Part shown: positions 63,078-64,000 of the stretch, piece by piece
Position numbering within the stretch: position 1 is the first letter of the stretch
Layout of the letters: every line of letters starts with the position of its first letter
From: Vicugna vicugna
Taxonomy: Eukaryota
NCBI GenBank assembly: GCA_013265495.1
Contig: MU059126.1
Location: 12,646,291-12,710,290, forward strand
Direction: 5' to 3'
DNA: 64,000 bases
Notes under the pieces: model-generated
Database searches by the model: none
Told to the model about the DNA's origin: nothing
The model's input: the letters and a program-made list of their open reading frames with translations, nothing else
Made by a program: the position numbers and the translations under genes

Positions 63078-63369
63078 AGCCTCATTACAAGTCTGGTTAT
63101 AAAATCCTTGTTTTGTGATCATTTGGCAAATAAGTTCTTCCTGAGATGAATTTTGCTAAAACGCATAATGATAACTTCAAGTATTTTTATAAGCTATCTC
63201 AACTGAAGTTCTTTATTCAGGGATGGAAGGTTAAGATCTTGATAACAAAGAATTTTTGTAGAAGGTTCTCCAACAGGAACTGTCATCTCTGCAGTGGGTA
63301 AGTGCTGGACACCTCTCTTCTTGGCGTTCTTCCATTCAGCAGGATATAAACTCTTGCATAACTTTGACA

Positions 63370-63600
63370 GTAGCTTCCATTTCCTGAGCATGTGCCAGTC
63401 ATGGTGCAAGGCATTGTAGATGCGTGAATTCCATTCCCCTTCATAAAAATCCCTCTGCGTTATTGGTACTTTCATTGCCAGTTTTAAGGTTGAAGATTTG
63501 AGGATCAGAGAACTAACTACCCTTTTCCAGGTCACACAGCTGATAGAACCAGGATTTGAATGCAAGTCTGATTCCAAAGACATAACTAACTCATACCCTG
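63370..63600 (-). mobile_element. MIR
   Basis: ttccaggtcacacagctgatagaaccaggatttgaatgcaagtctg. Confidence 0.7.
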
Positions 63601-64000
63601 TATACAAAATATGGTGTTTTAGATTCTTGGTTTGAGTTTCTTTTTTCTCTCTGGAAACAACTCAGTTAATAAAACAAGAGGTATATAGACATGTTTTACC
63701 CAGAGAGTCATGTCTATAAGGATTAAAAAAAAAGAAAGGACAATATACAAACTATGGAAATAGAGTTACCAGAGCTATTGCCCCAAAATCATATCCCTGC
63801 TCCTCCCTTGAACAGCAACCAATTATTCTTATCTAAGTTTCAGGAGGAAGCTGTAAAGAAAAATAATGAGAACCAGTTAGAATCAACTAGGCCCAAGATG
63901 GCAGAGGATCTGCCTTCCAGTGGCCCTTGAGCCTCATTATATTCTCATCGTAATGCATTAGCATGCTAGATGACACACCCACCAGCGCCATGACAGTTGC

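Overview
Mammalian non-coding genomic DNA, most likely from a camelid. The taxon is inferred from two tRNA-Ala-derived vic-1-type SINEs and cetartiodactyl-type L1 3' ends; I saw no Alu, Bov-A/tA or PRE elements. I could not recognise any cellular protein-coding exon, structural RNA gene or CRISPR array, so the window looks like a gene desert or a very large intron. The only recognisable protein is a broken L1 ORF2 endonuclease fragment (9097-10047, minus). Much of the window is interspersed repeat: young 5'-truncated L1s with clear target-site duplications (TSDs), an old L1M interrupted by two LTRs, ERV1 solo LTRs, MLT1 LTRs, MER2/3/5/20/47/53/58 DNA transposon relics, many MIR/L2 fragments and microsatellites. 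There are two N gaps. The best non-repeat signals are a TATA/CCAAT promoter-like element with a CpG patch and splice donor (24.4-25.0 kb), a minus-strand exon candidate encoding a myristoylation-type N-terminus (58.4-58.6 kb), a TCTCGCGAGA palindrome next to a frame-preserving 216-nt exon candidate (17.5-17.9 kb), and a 49-bp dispersed duplication (57.3/57.9 kb). I found no convincing novel multi-gene system. Repeat family names come from recalled consensus sequences, and boundaries without TSDs are approximate.
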